A DNA stretch of 64,000 nucleotides from Candidatus Omnitrophota bacterium (GCA_041652815.1 JBAZGN010000005.1:99651-163650); one strand, 5' to 3'. Shown: positions 39,754 through 49,315, counted from the stretch's first letter. Notes: generated by a model from the sequence alone, not told the origin. Made by a program: numbers and translations.

Positions 39754-41295
39754 ATGAGTAAAGATACAATCTTAATCCTCGATTTTGGTTCACAATACAC
39801 ACAGCTTATTGCGCGCAGAGTGCGTGAGCTTAAGGTCTACAGTATTATTGAGCCTTGCAACATAAGCCCGGCAAAAATAAAGGAGATAAATCCTAAAGGG
39901 ATTATTCTTTCAGGAGGCCCCCACAGCGTTTACGAGAAAGGCGCGCCTTCGCTTAACAAGGAAATACTTAAGCTAAAAGTGCCGATTTTAGGCATCTGTT
40001 ATGGGATGCAAATTTTGGTAAAAACTTTAAACGGCACAGTTAAAGAAGCAAAGAAGCGGGAATATGGAAGAGCTGAAGTATATATCGATAATCACAAAGA
40101 TTTATTTTTCTCTTTACCTTCAAAAATAGTTTCCTGGATGAGCCACACCGACCAGGCAGTTAAGTTACCCCGGGGCTTTGAGGCCCTCGCGCATACGCTG
40201 CATACCGAATTTGCCGCGATAGGAAACAAAAAAGAAAAAATTTACGGCGTTCAATTCCACCCCGAGGTAGCGCATACAGAGCACGGTACGCAAATTATTT
40301 CAAATTTTCTTTTTAGAATTTGTGAATGTTTTGCAAGCTGGCAGCTTGAAGATTTTATCCAAAGCGAAATTAAAGCCATACGCGAAAAAACCGCAGGCAA
40401 AAACGTAATCTGCGGTTTAAGCGGAGGAGTGGATTCTTCTACCGCGGCAGTTTTAATTAATGAGGCGATAGGTAAAAAACTTAAATGTATTTTTGTAAAT
40501 AACGGGTTACTTCGCAAAAACGAGGTAAAACAGGTGCTTTCTGTATTTCGCGGCAACTATAAGATAGACCTTCGTTACGTTGATGCTTCAAATTCTTTTC
40601 TCACCAAGCTTTCCGGCGTAACTGACCCGGAAAAAAAGAGAAAAATAATCGGCCATGAATTTATAAGAGTTTTTGATGCCGAGGCGCATAAAATAAAGAA
40701 TGTGGAATTTCTCGTGCAGGGAACATTGTATCCCGATGTTATAGAGTCAGTTTCCTTTTTCGGCGGTCCTACTTCAAGGATAAAATCTCATCATAATGTC
40801 GGAGGGCTTCCTCTTAATATGAAACTTAAGCTTATTGAGCCTTTCCGCCAGCTTTTTAAAGACGAGGTAAGAGAAATTGCAAAAATCCTGAAATTGCCAA
40901 AGGCCATAGTCGGCAGGCATCCGTTTCCCGGACCCGGGCTGGCGGTAAGAATAATTGGAGAAATCACAAATGAACGTTTAAGGGTTTTACGCGAAGCAGA
41001 CAGCATATTCGAAGACATTATAAAGAAACATAATCTTTACGATGGCATCTGGCAGGCATTTTGCGTGCTGCTGCCGCTTAAAACCGTTGGAGTTATGGGA
41101 GATAAGCGCACCTATGAAAACGTTTGCGCAATAAGAGCAGTAAACAGCTTAGATGGTATGACTGCTGACTGGTCGAAGATTCCCGTAGACGTCCTTGGCG
41201 AGATTTCAAACAGCATAATCAATAAAGTCCGGGGAATTAACCGCGTAGTTTTTGATATAAGTTCAAAGCCTCCCGCAACGATTGAGTGGGAATGA
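39754..41295 (+). CDS. guaA: GMP synthase (glutamine-hydrolysing).
   Basis: GATase ILILDFGSQYTQLIARRVREL, catalytic GICYGMQ, PP-loop SGGVDSS, C-terminal dimerisation domain. Confidence 0.9.
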   Translation: MSKDTILILDFGSQYTQLIARRVRELKVYSIIEPCNISPAKIKEINPKGIILSGGPHSVYEKGAPSLNKEILKLKVPILGICYGMQILVKTLNGTVKEAKKREYGRAEVYIDNHKDLFFSLPSKIVSWMSHTDQAVKLPRGFEALAHTLHTEFAAIGNKKEKIYGVQFHPEVAHTEHGTQIISNFLFRICECFASWQLEDFIQSEIKAIREKTAGKNVICGLSGGVDSSTAAVLINEAIGKKLKCIFVNNGLLRKNEVKQVLSVFRGNYKIDLRYVDASNSFLTKLSGVTDPEKKRKIIGHEFIRVFDAEAHKIKNVEFLVQGTLYPDVIESVSFFGGPTSRIKSHHNVGGLPLNMKLKLIEPFRQLFKDEVREIAKILKLPKAIVGRHPFPGPGLAVRIIGEITNERLRVLREADSIFEDIIKKHNLYDGIWQAFCVLLPLKTVGVMGDKRTYENVCAIRAVNSLDGMTADWSKIPVDVLGEISNSIINKVRGINRVVFDISSKPPATIEWE

Positions 41296-41298
41296 AGA

Positions 41299-41390
41299 TA
41301 GAAGCGGATACACGCGGATTTATACGCGGATAAACGCCAGCGAGTTCGCTTGCGTGAATCCGCGTCAATATCCGCGGATATCCGCTTCTA
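41299..41390. repeat. Family B palindromic element, copy 3.
   Basis: TAGAAGCGGATACACGCGGAT ... ATCCGCGGATATCCGCTTCTA, between guaA and dnaE. Confidence 0.75.
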
Positions 41391-41407
41391 TTATTAAGCA
41401 TATAAAT

Positions 41408-44400
41408 ATGGCTCACAGTGATTTTATACACCTTCACGTTCACACCCAATACAGCCTTCTTGACGGCGCGTGCCAGCTCAACCGCCTTATAGAAAAAGCC
41501 GTTAAATTCAAACTACCCGGCCTTGCCATAACCGACCACGGAAACCTTTTCGGAGCGGTAAAATTCTACGAAGAATGTATGGACGCAGGCATCAAGCCGA
41601 TAATCGGCTGCGAGGTCTACGTTGCACCGGACTCCCGCTTTAAAAAAGAATACAAAAACGAAGACGCCGGCAATTACCATCTTATACTTCTTGCCAAAGA
41701 CGAGCAGGGTTATAAGAATCTAATTAAGCTTGTAAGCCTTGCGCATTTAGAAGGCTTCTATTATAAGCCAAGGATAGATAAAGAAATATTAAGCCAGCAT
41801 AACAAGGGTTTAATCGGCTTAAGCGCCTGCCTTAAAGGAGAAATTGCATCAGCGATAATAGCCGATGACATTAAAGGCGCGTATAAAAAATGCGATGAAT
41901 ATTTGCAGATTTTAGGCAAAGGCAATTTTTACCTTGAAATTATGGAAAATGGCCTTAAGGAACAGGCAAAAGCAAATAAACATCTTCTAAAAATTTCAAA
42001 AGAACTGGATGTGCCGGTGGTAGCGACAAACGATATTCATTACCTTGAAAAAAATGAATCTTTCGCTCACGAAGTGCTTCTGTGCATACAGACGCAAACC
42101 ACGTTAAATGACCCAAACCGTTTTAAATTTAACAGCGATACTTTTTATTTCCGCAGCCCCGATGAAATGAAAGCTATATTTAAGGAAGCCCCCGAAGCGA
42201 TAAAGAATACCCTTGAGGTAATGCAGAAGTGCAATTTGGTTATGGATTTTTCCAAGATTCATCTTCCGCGTTTTCCGATTCCCGAGAATGAAACCGAAAA
42301 CGGGTATTTGCAAAAGATAGTCACTGAAAATTTGCCTAAACGCTACAGCGAAGTTACTGATGAGGTAAATAAGCGCCTTGAATATGAACTGGGAGTAATC
42401 AATAGCACGGGCTTTTCCAGTTATTTTTTGATTATCTGGGACCTTATAAAATATGCCAAAGAAAACAATATTCCGGTTGGCCCGGGCAGGGGCTCTGCTG
42501 CAGGAAGCATTGTAAGTTTTCTTCTCGGTATAACCGATGTTGACCCGCTTAAATACGACCTTCTTTTTGAAAGGTTTCTTAATCCCGCGCGTATTTCAAT
42601 GCCTGATATCGATATGGATTTCTGTTATGAAAAGCGCTCGCGGGTTCTTGAGTATGTAGGCAAAAAATACGGCGAAGCCAACGTTGCCCAGATTATTACT
42701 TTCGGAACAATGCTTGCCCGCGCAGTGGTTAGAGACGTAGGCCGTGCCATGGGCCACAGCTATGCCGATGTCGATAAAATTGCCAAGATGATTCCGGTTA
42801 TTGTCGGCCACCAGGTAACTTTAAAAGAAGCCCTTTCTCAAAGCCCCGAGCTTTCGCAAGTTTATCAATCGGATGCCGGGATAAAACGCTTAATCGATGT
42901 CGCCATACAACTTGAAGGCCTGTCGCGCCACGCCTCAACTCATGCCGCAGGAGTAGTTATTTCCGATAAGCCTTTAATGGAAAGAATACCTTTAATCAGG
43001 GGAGCGGAAGAAGAAATAGTTACCGGCTTTGATATGGAATCTCTTGAAAAGACCGGATTGCTTAAAATGGATTTCCTGGGCCTTAAAACCCTGACCGTAA
43101 TAGATTCGACCGTAAAAATAATCAAAAGAACCAAGGGCGTAGAGGTGGACATTACGAACTTGCCTCTCGATGATAAAAAAACTTTTTCTCTGCTTAGCCA
43201 GGCAGATACAATCGGCGTGTTCCAGCTTGAAAGTAGGGGCATGCGCGAGATATTAAGAAAGCTTATTCCCACCCGCTTTGAAGATTTAATCGCAGTCTTG
43301 GCATTATACAGGCCCGGGCCCTTGGGTAGCGGAATGGTCGATGATTTTATCGAAAGAAAACAGGGCAAAAAACCCGTAAGCTATGGCCATCCAAAGCTTG
43401 AATCAATACTTAAAGAAACCTATGGGATTATCCTTTATCAGGAACAAACTATGCAGATTGCTTCCAAGCTTGCAGGCTTTAGCTTGTCACAGGCAGATTT
43501 GCTACGAAAAGCCATCGGTAAAAAGATTCCCGAAATAATGGAAGAACAACGCAACTTATTTGTAGAAGGAAGCAAAAAAAATGGCGTATCGCAAAGAATC
43601 GCCACACAGATTTTTGATTTAATAGATTATTTTTCCGGCTACGGCTTCAACAAGTCTCACAGCACTGCTTATGCGCTTATTTCCTATCGCACTGCGTATC
43701 TTAAAGCCAATTACCCGGTTGAGTTTATGGCAGCACTTCTAACAAGTGAACGCACCAATACCGATAAAATCGTCGAATACGTAAATGAAGTTAATCATAT
43801 GGGAATGAAAGTGCTTCCGCCGGACATAAATACCAGCTTTGCGAATTTTACGGTTACTGATGAAAAAAATATCAGGTTTGGGCTCTTGGCGATTAAAAAC
43901 GTAGGCACCACTGCCTTGGATAATATAATTGAAATCAGGAAACAGAAAAAATTCGATGATTTTTTTGAATTCTGCGACCGCGTTGACGGCAGAGTTGTAA
44001 ATAAAAAAGTCCTGGAAAGCCTTATAAAATCCGGCGCAATGGATAGTTTTAAACTTAAGCGCGCGCAAATGACAGCTATGCTCGATAAAATTTTAGCAAA
44101 AACTACAAAAAAAGAAGACCCTTCGCAGTTTCTGTTATTTACCGCGCCAAAGAAACAGCAGGAAATACCTGATGTTGAAGAGTGGCCGCTCTTACAAATC
44201 TTAAGCTTTGAAAAATCTCTGCTTGGCATCTACGTAACCAGCCACCCGTTATATTCCTATGCAAATACTGTAAAGCATTTGCATCGGCAGGAAATTATTT
44301 CTCTCTATGAGCAGGAGTCGCGCGAAGAAGTAGTCATTTGCGGCATAGTCGAAAAAGCGCGCATTATAACTACGAAAAGAAGCGGCGAACGTATGGCAAT

Positions 44401-44815
44401 TTTAAAAATTGAAGATGAGACTTCAACTGTCGAGGTTTTTGTCTTTCCCAGGCTTTTTGCCGAAGCTGCTGCCGATATCAAGGAAAAAAGCATAATCGTT
44501 ATAAAGGGTAAACTTGAATCCAAAGAAAGAGCGCCCAAGATTTTAGCCGCTAAGATTATCCCGATTGAGCGTATTTTTGACAATATCAAAGGCCTTAATA
44601 TCGCCATAAACCAGGAGAAATTTCCTCTGGCGAATCTAAAAACCATTTTTTTAAATAATAGAGGAACAACCCCGGTTGTTTTTGCCTTTCGAAACGCAAA
44701 GCTTAATGGTGTTAAAATTAAAACCGCCAATCAATTCTGCCTAAAACTTACTGAAAACGCCCTAAAGGAAATTGGTGCGTTAATAGGGGATGAGAATCTT
44801 TCGTTGAGCCTCTAA
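41408..44815 (+). CDS. dnaE: DNA polymerase III alpha subunit.
   Basis: PHP N-terminus FIHLHVHTQYSLLDGA, palm and fingers blocks, OB fold. The annotated upstream ORF part is read-through of the repeat. Confidence 0.9.
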   Translation: MAHSDFIHLHVHTQYSLLDGACQLNRLIEKAVKFKLPGLAITDHGNLFGAVKFYEECMDAGIKPIIGCEVYVAPDSRFKKEYKNEDAGNYHLILLAKDEQGYKNLIKLVSLAHLEGFYYKPRIDKEILSQHNKGLIGLSACLKGEIASAIIADDIKGAYKKCDEYLQILGKGNFYLEIMENGLKEQAKANKHLLKISKELDVPVVATNDIHYLEKNESFAHEVLLCIQTQTTLNDPNRFKFNSDTFYFRSPDEMKAIFKEAPEAIKNTLEVMQKCNLVMDFSKIHLPRFPIPENETENGYLQKIVTENLPKRYSEVTDEVNKRLEYELGVINSTGFSSYFLIIWDLIKYAKENNIPVGPGRGSAAGSIVSFLLGITDVDPLKYDLLFERFLNPARISMPDIDMDFCYEKRSRVLEYVGKKYGEANVAQIITFGTMLARAVVRDVGRAMGHSYADVDKIAKMIPVIVGHQVTLKEALSQSPELSQVYQSDAGIKRLIDVAIQLEGLSRHASTHAAGVVISDKPLMERIPLIRGAEEEIVTGFDMESLEKTGLLKMDFLGLKTLTVIDSTVKIIKRTKGVEVDITNLPLDDKKTFSLLSQADTIGVFQLESRGMREILRKLIPTRFEDLIAVLALYRPGPLGSGMVDDFIERKQGKKPVSYGHPKLESILKETYGIILYQEQTMQIASKLAGFSLSQADLLRKAIGKKIPEIMEEQRNLFVEGSKKNGVSQRIATQIFDLIDYFSGYGFNKSHSTAYALISYRTAYLKANYPVEFMAALLTSERTNTDKIVEYVNEVNHMGMKVLPPDINTSFANFTVTDEKNIRFGLLAIKNVGTTALDNIIEIRKQKKFDDFFEFCDRVDGRVVNKKVLESLIKSGAMDSFKLKRAQMTAMLDKILAKTTKKEDPSQFLLFTAPKKQQEIPDVEEWPLLQILSFEKSLLGIYVTSHPLYSYANTVKHLHRQEIISLYEQESREEVVICGIVEKARIITTKRSGERMAILKIEDETSTVEVFVFPRLFAEAAADIKEKSIIVIKGKLESKERAPKILAAKIIPIERIFDNIKGLNIAINQEKFPLANLKTIFLNNRGTTPVVFAFRNAKLNGVKIKTANQFCLKLTENALKEIGALIGDENLSLSL

Positions 44816-44818
44816 TTA

Positions 44819-44873
44819 AGGTTACGAAAGTTACGAGGGTTACGCAGGTTACGAAGGTTACGGAAGTTACATT
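44819..44873. repeat. Family A array: six tandem 9-mers of GTTACGNNG (GGTTACGAA type).
   Basis: Strict 9-bp periodicity, directly after the dnaE stop. Confidence 0.75.
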
Positions 44874-44948
44874 TAAAAGACCTGATTTATTGTAATCTAT
44901 GTGATTTTCGTAGCTTTCGCGATCTTAACATATAATTTGTATAAACTC

Positions 44949-44977
44949 TTGACAAATCTCCAAATATATTGTATATA
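44949..44977 (+). promoter_or_regulatory. Sigma70-like promoter for the NTase module.
   Basis: TTGACA, 17 nt, TATATA; about 40 nt upstream of the ATG at 45017. Confidence 0.55.
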
Positions 44978-45016
44978 TTAATACAGAGGGTTGTATAAAA
45001 ACATACAATAAATTGT

Positions 45017-45586
45017 ATGGAATTACGCATAAATAAACAAAAATTGCTTGAAAATATTGGCCTTTGGGATGGTTACTTTAAGCGCAAGGTAAGCCTTATT
45101 GCTTGTGGCGGCACAGCCCTTACGCTTTTAGGGGTTAAGGATTCAACCAAGGACATTGATTTAATCGTTCCTAAAGAAGGTGAGTATGATTATTTGATAA
45201 AGGCTTTAAAGCAATTAGGTTATAAACCGGTAACCGGTGTAGGCTGGGCGAGAGATAGGGGTTTTATCTTTGATTTATTTAAAGGCAATAAAATTCATAC
45301 AACGCAGTTATTGGAATCGCCCCTTGATAATGGAAACAATATGTTGGTTAAAGAGTTTAACCATATCTATTTAGGCGTGCTTAACTATTATGATATCATT
45401 ATCAGCAAATTATTCCGTTCAACTTCCGTGGATATAGAGGATTGCTTGTTATTGGTAGAAAATAAGCGTAAAGATATAGATTTGGAAAAGTTAATTTCGC
45501 GTTTTAAGGAAACTGCAAGCTTCGATGTTTCCGAGGAAAAGGTAAATAAGAATTTAGAATATTTTCTTAAACTTATTGAAAAATAA
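45017..45586 (+). CDS. Pol-beta-superfamily nucleotidyltransferase, AbiEii/DUF1814-like (short).
   Basis: IACGGTALTLLGVKDSTKDIDLIV matches the hG[GS]..x(9-13)..DhD NTase core and the KGGTAL...S.DLDF signature of AbiEii-type toxins; a later acidic residue (DIIISK) is present. Confidence 0.55.
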   Translation: MELRINKQKLLENIGLWDGYFKRKVSLIACGGTALTLLGVKDSTKDIDLIVPKEGEYDYLIKALKQLGYKPVTGVGWARDRGFIFDLFKGNKIHTTQLLESPLDNGNNMLVKEFNHIYLGVLNYYDIIISKLFRSTSVDIEDCLLLVENKRKDIDLEKLISRFKETASFDVSEEKVNKNLEYFLKLIEK

Positions 45587-45588
45587 CT

Positions 45589-46263
45589 ATGGATAAAAAA
45601 GTTTTGCTTCAACAATTACATGCGTTAGGTTTCCCGTTATTAGAGCCGGATTCTTTTCTTAGCGCCGACTTGGTTTTGTGTGAGGTATTTAAAAGCAAAG
45701 ACCCGCGTCTCTGGGAAGGCTTTCCTGTTGTTTTAGCTAATGCTAATCAAAAAGGATTATTTAACTATCAAAGCCTCGCCCGCTCTTTAAAAACGCAATC
45801 GGAAAAATCGCAGCTTAATTCCCTTCTTGTGATGTCATTTGCCCTTTATGAATTTTATAACCTTAAATTCTATTGGGTAAAAGAACTTTTAAAAGCTTTG
45901 CCTGCCGGTTATAAAAATGAATTAGATTTATTTTTAAAAAAACTTAAAAACGATGAAGATTTTAAAGTAAACAATGTTACTATGTCAGCGCAAAGGCTTA
46001 AAGGCGCTTTTAATAATTATTTTAGCCATTTCCAATCAGCATTAGGAGATTTATTAGCGCAAAAACAGGAATTTGGCCTTGAATACGCCCTCTCACAGGT
46101 ATTTTCACCTAAACAAAAAGAATTATTTTTGAAAAAATTAAAAGGCGAAAAACTTACCAAAACCGAAAAAGAATACTTCTCCCGCACAGTTAAAAAGAAG
46201 GTTCAAGCTCTTGCCAATACCGAACTTCATCAATTTTGCAATAAGCTTCTTGACCAGCTATAA
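45589..46263 (+). CDS. Uncharacterised 224-aa partner protein of the NTase (no domain recognised).
   Basis: Starts 2 nt after the NTase stop (operonic); helical, K/L-rich; no match to HEPN Rx4-6H. Confidence 0.4.
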   Translation: MDKKVLLQQLHALGFPLLEPDSFLSADLVLCEVFKSKDPRLWEGFPVVLANANQKGLFNYQSLARSLKTQSEKSQLNSLLVMSFALYEFYNLKFYWVKELLKALPAGYKNELDLFLKKLKNDEDFKVNNVTMSAQRLKGAFNNYFSHFQSALGDLLAQKQEFGLEYALSQVFSPKQKELFLKKLKGEKLTKTEKEYFSRTVKKKVQALANTELHQFCNKLLDQL

Positions 46264-46290
46264 CGTACCTAATTATCTATATCAATTTTA

Positions 46291-46432
46291 GGTTACGAAG
46301 GTTACGAAGGCCAACAGGCCACCCTGTTGGGTAGGTTACGAATGTTACAATAAATCAAGTGATTTAAATGTAACCTTCGTAACTTCCGTAACCTGCCTGC
46401 CGGCAGGCAGGCATCCGTAACCTTCGTAACCT
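46291..46432. repeat. Family A palindromic element (GGTTACGAA arrays in inverted orientation with inner GC hairpins).
   Basis: TAGGTTACGAAGGTTACGAAGG ... TGTAACCTTCGTAACTTCCGTAACC ... CCGTAACCTTCGTAACC. Inner hairpins are CCAACAGG-CCAC-CCTGTTGG and CCTGCCTGCC-GGCAGGCAGG. Confidence 0.75.
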
Positions 46433-46473
46433 AAATTGTAATTCGTGGCAATTCGTCTTTAAAAAGAACCACC

Positions 46474-46502
46474 TTGACACCCCATTCCATAGCGTTAAAA
46501 TA
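46474..46502 (+). promoter_or_regulatory. Putative promoter (CTTGACACCCC, 16 nt, TAAAAT).
   Basis: A -35/-10 match. The same CTTGACACCC -35 context recurs after the family A copy at 49463. Confidence 0.35.
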
Positions 46503-46617
46503 ACCCCAAGTTTCACGGCGTTCGGGGGAAAACTACAATCAGGAGTAAACATCAGAGCGTTGGGAGACCGACGCTTTTTTAATGTTTATAGTTTGGTTGT
46601 AAGAAAAGGAGGTAAAC

Positions 46618-46959
46618 ATGAGATTTATAGTCTTGTTATTGTGTTTTTGTTTATTACCCATTCATGTGTTTTCTGCAGATGAGAAAAATACTATAAAGGT
46701 TCAAGAGTTAAATCGGGAAGAAGCAACTCAGATTTGGACTAAAACCGTATCAGAAGATGTGGCTGTAATAAGTTCAGATTTACGTACAATTACACCGGAA
46801 ACTCCTAAAGAAAAAGTAAATGAAATTTTAGAGGAAGCTTTGAAGAAAGTTCAAAAAATGCGAACAGAGGCAGCCAAACGAGGAGTTATTTTAGAAGGTT
46901 TTTCCATAAATTTAGCATTTCCACCATCGATGACAGTAGATTTTAAGTTTAAAGATTAA
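46618..46959 (+). CDS. Small secreted protein of 113 aa.
   Basis: AGGAGG RBS; signal peptide LLLCFCLLPIHVFSA. Confidence 0.45.
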   Translation: MRFIVLLLCFCLLPIHVFSADEKNTIKVQELNREEATQIWTKTVSEDVAVISSDLRTITPETPKEKVNEILEEALKKVQKMRTEAAKRGVILEGFSINLAFPPSMTVDFKFKD

Positions 46960-47042
46960 TTATACTTATAGCGAGTTCAGGCTCAACCCATTGCTTTGAA
47001 CCAAGGGTTTATCAAAACGTTTGATTTGTTAATGAGGGAAGC

Positions 47043-47687
47043 GTGTGCATGTTTGATTTTTTTAAAAACATTAGACGATATGTCAGAAGCAAAGATGCTT
47101 GTTTGCTTTATATGGTTATTGCTATCGTAATAATCCTTAGTTGTGTTTGTTTTGTAATCGGCAAATTCCTAGGTATTAACAAAGAGTTAGCAACAATTAT
47201 TGTGTTGTTTGCTACTTTAATGGCAATAATCATTTATACCTGGAAAACTTGGCAATATAAAGATCTTGTTTGCGAACAAATCCTATTAGACATAAGGCCT
47301 CTTGTAATTTTTGAATGCTATCACAGAACAATTAGAAATGTGGGTAAGGGGATAGCAAAGGGCATTTGGATTGAAAAAATTCCCATAAATTGCTTTAGAT
47401 TGCTCGGTATAGAAAATTCAGAGGCAAAATTTGTTATTTTTGATAAGGTTGGTTGTTTAGCAGACAAAGATTCATCCCCATACCTTAAGTTTAATCTTTT
47501 CGATGAAAAAGGAACAAAAATTACTGACCCCAATATCAGCGCTCTCATTGCGCGCACGTTGGATGACACCGGTAATTCCTTAGAGAAATTAAAGGTAGTA
47601 ATAGGATATTATGATTTAAAAAATAATGTTTATAGGACTCACATGAAAAACATAAATGGTGTATTTCAAGTTGATCATATCGTATAA
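47043..47687 (+). CDS. Membrane-anchored hypothetical protein.
   Basis: One or two N-terminal TM helices and a soluble C-domain; no known family. Confidence 0.4.
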   Translation: MCMFDFFKNIRRYVRSKDACLLYMVIAIVIILSCVCFVIGKFLGINKELATIIVLFATLMAIIIYTWKTWQYKDLVCEQILLDIRPLVIFECYHRTIRNVGKGIAKGIWIEKIPINCFRLLGIENSEAKFVIFDKVGCLADKDSSPYLKFNLFDEKGTKITDPNISALIARTLDDTGNSLEKLKVVIGYYDLKNNVYRTHMKNINGVFQVDHIV

Positions 47688-47785
47688 TAAATTCCAAGGA
47701 CGCAATACTTAATTATAGAAATACCCCTCGCGCCTGTATATCGTGTAAATTTTCACGCTCACTTCGCTCGCAGAAAATTTACACG

Positions 47786-47830
47786 AAGCGCTTCGGGGTT
47801 AATTTTCCGCCTGCGGCGGAAAATTAAGGA
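47786..47830. repeat. Family H module (GGGGTTAA-TTT-TCCGCCTGCGGCGGA-A-AATTAAGGAGG) that carries the RBS.
   Basis: Near-identical to 3856-3897; preceded by the CGAAGCGCTTCG palindrome also seen at 9551. Confidence 0.5.
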
Positions 47831-47836
47831 GGTATT

Positions 47837-48256
47837 ATGAATAGTTCATTATTTCTCGCAAGATTATTAGGCCCTTTTATTGTGCTAATTAGTATCAGCC
47901 TGCTAATTAATCTGAAGACTTACCGGCAGATTGTAGAAGGGTTTTTAGAGAACACCGCCCTTATCTACGTGACCGGTTTAATTACTTTTGTTGCGGGGCT
48001 GGCGATTGTGATTTTCCATAATTTATGGGTTGTTGATTGGAGAGTGATAATCACGGTTTTTGGTTGGATTACACTTATTAAAGGCGTGTGGCTTACAGTC
48101 TTTCCGGCTAATGCGGTTAAAATCAGCAAGGTATTTGTAAAGAATATTAAATTTGTTGCAATTCCCTGGATTGTGATGTTTGCGTTGGGGCTTTTTTTGG
48201 TTATGCAGGGTTATTTACCGCAACCAAGAATACACGCACCCGCTATGCAAATGTAG
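47837..48256 (+). CDS. 4-TM membrane protein (hypothetical).
   Basis: Four hydrophobic helices; RBS supplied by family H. Confidence 0.45.
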   Translation: MNSSLFLARLLGPFIVLISISLLINLKTYRQIVEGFLENTALIYVTGLITFVAGLAIVIFHNLWVVDWRVIITVFGWITLIKGVWLTVFPANAVKISKVFVKNIKFVAIPWIVMFALGLFLVMQGYLPQPRIHAPAMQM

Positions 48257-48257
48257 A

Positions 48258-48295
48258 AACCAAAGCCCACCTCGTAGGTGGGCTTTGGTTCTAAT
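48258..48295 (+). terminator. Rho-independent terminator.
   Basis: AACCAAAGCCCACC-TCGTAGG-TGGGCTTTGGTT followed by CTAATT. Confidence 0.55.
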
Positions 48296-48327
48296 TCCCA
48301 ACCTACTAACCTATCAACTAAATTTCC

Positions 48328-48357
48328 TTGACATTCATATAGGACATATGGTATATT
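48328..48357 (+). promoter_or_regulatory. Sigma70 promoter with extended -10 for the fic gene.
   Basis: TTGACA, 18 nt, TGgTATATT. Confidence 0.55.
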
Positions 48358-48409
48358 CTAATTGAGCCTATTTATGGGACAAATGTCCTAATGCTAAAAA
48401 GGGGAAAAA

Positions 48410-49315
48410 ATGAAGGTTTTTAGGCTAAGCGATAAAGAGAAACTGCAGAAAATACTTAAAGCTACCGGGGTTTCGCGTTCCGAGCTTGCCCGTCAGCTTG
48501 AGGTAAATTATAAGGCTATTTACCGCTGGCTGGATTGTGGAATTAACCCGCATCCGCGTCAATCCAAAGATATAGACCAGTTATTTAAAAAATACGTTGA
48601 TTTACGCGAAGTGGTCTTGTCTTTACGTAAAAGCGCGAAAGAACCCATAAAGCTTCTTAGGGAGAATAACAAATTACGCGAGAAATTTTTCCTTGAGATG
48701 ACTTATAACTCTAACGCCATAGAGGGCAGCCGGATGACGGTCAAAGAAACCGAGCTTGCCTTTGAGGGTAAAAAGGTTAAAGGCAAAGAGCTATTTGAGG
48801 TGCTGGAAGCGGTAAATCACAAAAATGCGTTAGAGTTTTTGCTGGAGAACATAAAACCTAATTTTAAAATTGATGAACAATACGCCCTTAAACTGCATTC
48901 AATAATAATGTATAATTTTAACAACAAGCTTCCGGGTAAATACCGGACCGGCCACGTAAACCTGACCAATACCGAAAAAGAGCTGCCTTCTGCCCAGGAA
49001 GTTCCTTTAAGGGTGGGTAAGCTGCTAAAAAATATAAATAATTATGGCAAAGATGCCATAGGCAAAATCGCTCTTGACCATTATGAATTCGAAGCAATCC
49101 ACCCATTTTTTGATGGAAACGGCCGCGTTGGCCGGCTGATTACGCTTACTCAAACCTTAAGCAAAGGGTTTGCTCCGGCGCTTCTAAAGGTTGATGACCG
49201 TTATAAATATTATATGGCTTTAGGCAAGGCGGATTTTGGTGATTATAAAAACATTATCCAAATGATTTGTGATAGCATAATAGAGGGTTATAATTTATTC
49301 TTTCAAGCAATTTAG
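48410..49315 (+). CDS. Fic-family protein (AMPylase-type) with an N-terminal HTH.
   Basis: Canonical Fic motif HPFFDGNGRVGR; N-terminal wHTH-like segment (RSELARQLEVNYKAIYRWL). Confidence 0.8.
   Translation: MKVFRLSDKEKLQKILKATGVSRSELARQLEVNYKAIYRWLDCGINPHPRQSKDIDQLFKKYVDLREVVLSLRKSAKEPIKLLRENNKLREKFFLEMTYNSNAIEGSRMTVKETELAFEGKKVKGKELFEVLEAVNHKNALEFLLENIKPNFKIDEQYALKLHSIIMYNFNNKLPGKYRTGHVNLTNTEKELPSAQEVPLRVGKLLKNINNYGKDAIGKIALDHYEFEAIHPFFDGNGRVGRLITLTQTLSKGFAPALLKVDDRYKYYMALGKADFGDYKNIIQMICDSIIEGYNLFFQAI

Noticed and set aside
44819-44873. The 9-mer arrays as a CRISPR array, or as DnaA-box/iteron origin
   Set aside because: The units are contiguous with no unique spacers and there are no cas genes. 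The unit GTTACGNNG does not match the DnaA box (TTATCCACA), and the loci are scattered after unrelated genes rather than next to dnaA/dnaN.
45017-46263. NTase ORF and the following ORF as one frameshifted gene
   Set aside because: An in-frame TAA ends ORF1 and ORF2 starts with its own ATG 2 nt later in a different frame. No obvious homopolymer slip site is present. I kept them as two genes but listed pseudogenisation as an alternative.
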